From Gemmatimonadales bacterium (GTDB lineage: Bacteria; Gemmatimonadota; Gemmatimonadetes; Gemmatimonadales; GWC2-71-9): 64,000 bases of DNA. Each line of letters begins with the position of its first letter. The stretch's first letter is position 1. Both the position numbers and the translations under genes were made by a program. Location of the stretch: contig JBFGJG010000001.1 in assembly GCA_041577295.1 (NCBI GenBank), positions 1-64,000 of the forward strand, in the 5' to 3' direction. Under the pieces are notes generated by a model. It searched no databases and was not told the origin of the DNA. It worked only from the letters and a program-made list of their open reading frames with translations. Positions 61,881-64,000 of this stretch are shown in pieces.

Positions 61881-64000
61881 GACGGCTCCCAGTCACGCTC
61901 TAAGCCGGCGTACGCCACCAGTAGCTGTTTCGTCCCCACCTCGTCGTCATCGAATGCTACGACCACTTTCAGACTGCGTCCGTGTCCATCGAGTGCGCGG
62001 ATGGTGCCGGCGCCAAACGCGCGGTGACGTACTCGTTCCCCCTTTACGTAGCGCGGCGCGTCTTGCGACTCCATGACGGGGGTCTCTTCCTCAACCGCCC
62101 AACCGAACGTTGGCCCTCGCGGGCGGTGGTAGTCGCCGCCGAAGACACCGCTGGTACGGCGCTCCTCGAGCGCGTGCACTGGGAGCGGTTCGAGAAACCG
62201 CGACGGTATTCCTGGTAGCAGCTGACCGCCGCGGCGCCGTGCGCGCGCCCAACTGACGTACACACGGTCTCGCGCACGGGTCAACGCCACATAGGCCAGC
62301 CGGCGCTCCTCCTCAGCGCCCTCGAGCGTATCGAGCGCACGGCTGAGGGGGAACAGGCCCTCCTCCATGCCCGCGAGCGCGACCACTGGCCACTCGAGCC
62401 CCTTGGCGGTGTGGACGGTCATCAGCGTGACACCCATCGCGCTCGTGTTCTGGCCGTCTCCCGCTTCCACCAGCGCGCTCGTCGCCAAGAACCGCTCGAG
62501 CGCCGACCCGGGCTCATCCTCATCGACTTCCTCTGACCACTCGGCCGCAGCGGCGACGAGTTCCCGGACGTTCTCCAGCCGTTCGAGTCCTTCCGGCCCA
62601 CCGGCTTGGAGGTACTGCTCGTATTCGATCGCAACGATGACTTCCTCCAGCAGGTCCGCGGGAACCGCTTGGTCGAGATCGCGCCGTAGCCGCTCGAACA
62701 GCGCTGCGAACTCCTCCAATTGGCGTTTGGCGTACGGGCGAAGCTCGGGAATCCGATCGGCGACAGCGGCCGTGGGCAGCAGCGGCTTGCTCCACTGCGC
62801 GGCTGCTTGCTGTAGCGTGCGCAGCGTCGCGAGACCGATTCCCCGCTTGGGAACCTGGACCGCGCGCAGGAATGCCTGATCATCGGCAGGGTTCACCACC
62901 AAGCGCAGATACGCGAGCAGATCTTTGACCTCACGGCGCTCGTAAAAGCCGACGGAGCCCACCACGCGATACGGGATGGACGATCGCCGGAAGGCTTCTT
63001 CGAAAGCCCGGGACTGCGCGTTGGTCCGGTAGAGCACCGCGACATCCTGGTAGCCCATTCCCTCCGAGGCAACACGGGTTCTGAACTCGCGGGCGAGCCA
63101 CTCGGCTTCGTCCCGCTCGTCCGCCGCCGTGACGACCACGATGGGGTCGCCACCGGTCCGGGTCGTGAACAGCGTCTTGCCCAGTCGTTGCTCGTTTTCT
63201 GCGATCACCGCGTTCGCCGCATCCAGGATGATCTGCGTCGAGCGATAATTCTCTTCCAGCCGAACGGTGACCACGTCGGGGAAATCGGACTCAAAGTCCA
63301 GCATGTTGCGTACGTCCGCGCCGCGCCAGCTGTAGATCGATTGATCGTCATCTCCGACAACGCAGATGTCACGATGTTTGGCAGCGAGCTGTCGCACGAG
63401 GAGATACTGCGCGCGGTTGGTGTCCTGGAACTCGTCGACGAGGACCGAATCGAAGCGACGCTGGTAGTGCTCCAATCGATCCGGGTGTTCGCGAAAGAGC
63501 CGGAGCGGGTGCAGCAAGAGGTCGTCGAAGTCCATTGCATTGGCGCGTTCCAGCGCCGATGTGAGACCGAAGTACACTTCCGCCGCCACGCGCGTGAATC
63601 GATCGTCGCCAGCCGCGGCCAACTCCTCAGGTGGCATCAACCGGTTCTTGGCCGCTGAGATGATCGATTGTATCTGCCGAGGAGGAAACGCGCGGGCGGC
63701 GTACCCACCTTGTTCCAGCAACCGCGTGATGAGGCGGAGGCGATCGTCCTCGTCATAGATCGTGAAGCCTGGAGTGAACCCGAGTCGTGGTGCTTCGCGG
63801 CGCAGCAACCGGGCGGCGAGCGAGTGAAACGTCCCAATCCACAGGCCCACCGGTTCGGCACCAAGGAGCTCTGCCACCCGGCGCTTCATTTCGCCAGCGG
63901 CGCGGTTCGTAAACGTGACCGCGAGGATGCGGCGGTGGTGCACGCCATGATGTTCGACGAGATAGGCGAGTCGGCGCGTGAGCACCGAGGTCTTTCCCGA
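61877..64000 (-). CDS. UvrD/PcrA ATP-dependent DNA helicase (5'-truncated at window edge)
   Basis: GKT at the edge, LAVTFTNRAA, VDEFQDTN, VVGDDDQSIYSWRGA, LEENYRST, MTVHTAKGLE, EEERRLAYVALTRA, C-terminal Tudor-like GERVRH..FG.G. Confidence 0.96.
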   Translation of the reverse strand, partial: SGKTSVLTRRLAYLVEHHGVHHRRILAVTFTNRAAGEMKRRVAELLGAEPVGLWIGTFHSLAARLLRREAPRLGFTPGFTIYDEDDRLRLITRLLEQGGYAARAFPPRQIQSIISAAKNRLMPPEELAAAGDDRFTRVAAEVYFGLTSALERANAMDFDDLLLHPLRLFREHPDRLEHYQRRFDSVLVDEFQDTNRAQYLLVRQLAAKHRDICVVGDDDQSIYSWRGADVRNMLDFESDFPDVVTVRLEENYRSTQIILDAANAVIAENEQRLGKTLFTTRTGGDPIVVVTAADERDEAEWLAREFRTRVASEGMGYQDVAVLYRTNAQSRAFEEAFRRSSIPYRVVGSVGFYERREVKDLLAYLRLVVNPADDQAFLRAVQVPKRGIGLATLRTLQQAAAQWSKPLLPTAAVADRIPELRPYAKRQLEEFAALFERLRRDLDQAVPADLLEEVIVAIEYEQYLQAGGPEGLERLENVRELVAAAAEWSEEVDEDEPGSALERFLATSALVEAGDGQNTSAMGVTLMTVHTAKGLEWPVVALAGMEEGLFPLSRALDTLEGAEEERRLAYVALTRARDRVYVSWARARRRGGQLLPGIPSRFLEPLPVHALEERRTSGVFGGDYHRPRGPTFGWAVEEETPVMESQDAPRYVKGERVRHRAFGAGTIRALDGHGRSLKVVVAFDDDEVGTKQLLVAYAGLERDWEPS

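Overview
GC-rich diderm bacterial chromosomal segment, probably Gemmatimonadota (inferred from SusC/SusD pairs in a high-GC genome, stand-alone plug-like lipoproteins and the rimP-nusA-ylxQ-infB-ylxP-rbfA-truB-ribF order). The left half (1-30.2 kb) is an envelope/uptake region. It carries a TonB-dependent receptor, two SusC/SusD pairs, two large FG-GAP/CRTAC1-ASPIC proteins, two barrel-less 'plug-only' lipoproteins bracketing the second SusCD pair, a cytochrome c + PHM-like copper monooxygenase + TPR fusion, DUF3179, RCC1 and pentapeptide proteins, tRNA-Arg(TCT), tRNA-Pro(TGG) and a 12 x 21-bp palindromic tandem array. The right half is mostly housekeeping (rdgB, rph, antiporter, lptE, lpxH, ridA, fhs, tatD, secDF, ribF, truB, rbfA, infB, nusA, rimP, pgeF, murA, gatCAB, partial UvrD/PcrA). 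It also contains an incomplete bacterial-microcompartment operon (2 BMC-H, acylating aldehyde dehydrogenase, PduL fusion) with a palindromic operator, a tRNA-Sec and a 6S-like rod-shaped RNA candidate. No integrase, transposase or CRISPR array was recognised. All family calls are by eye from motifs; no database searches were run.
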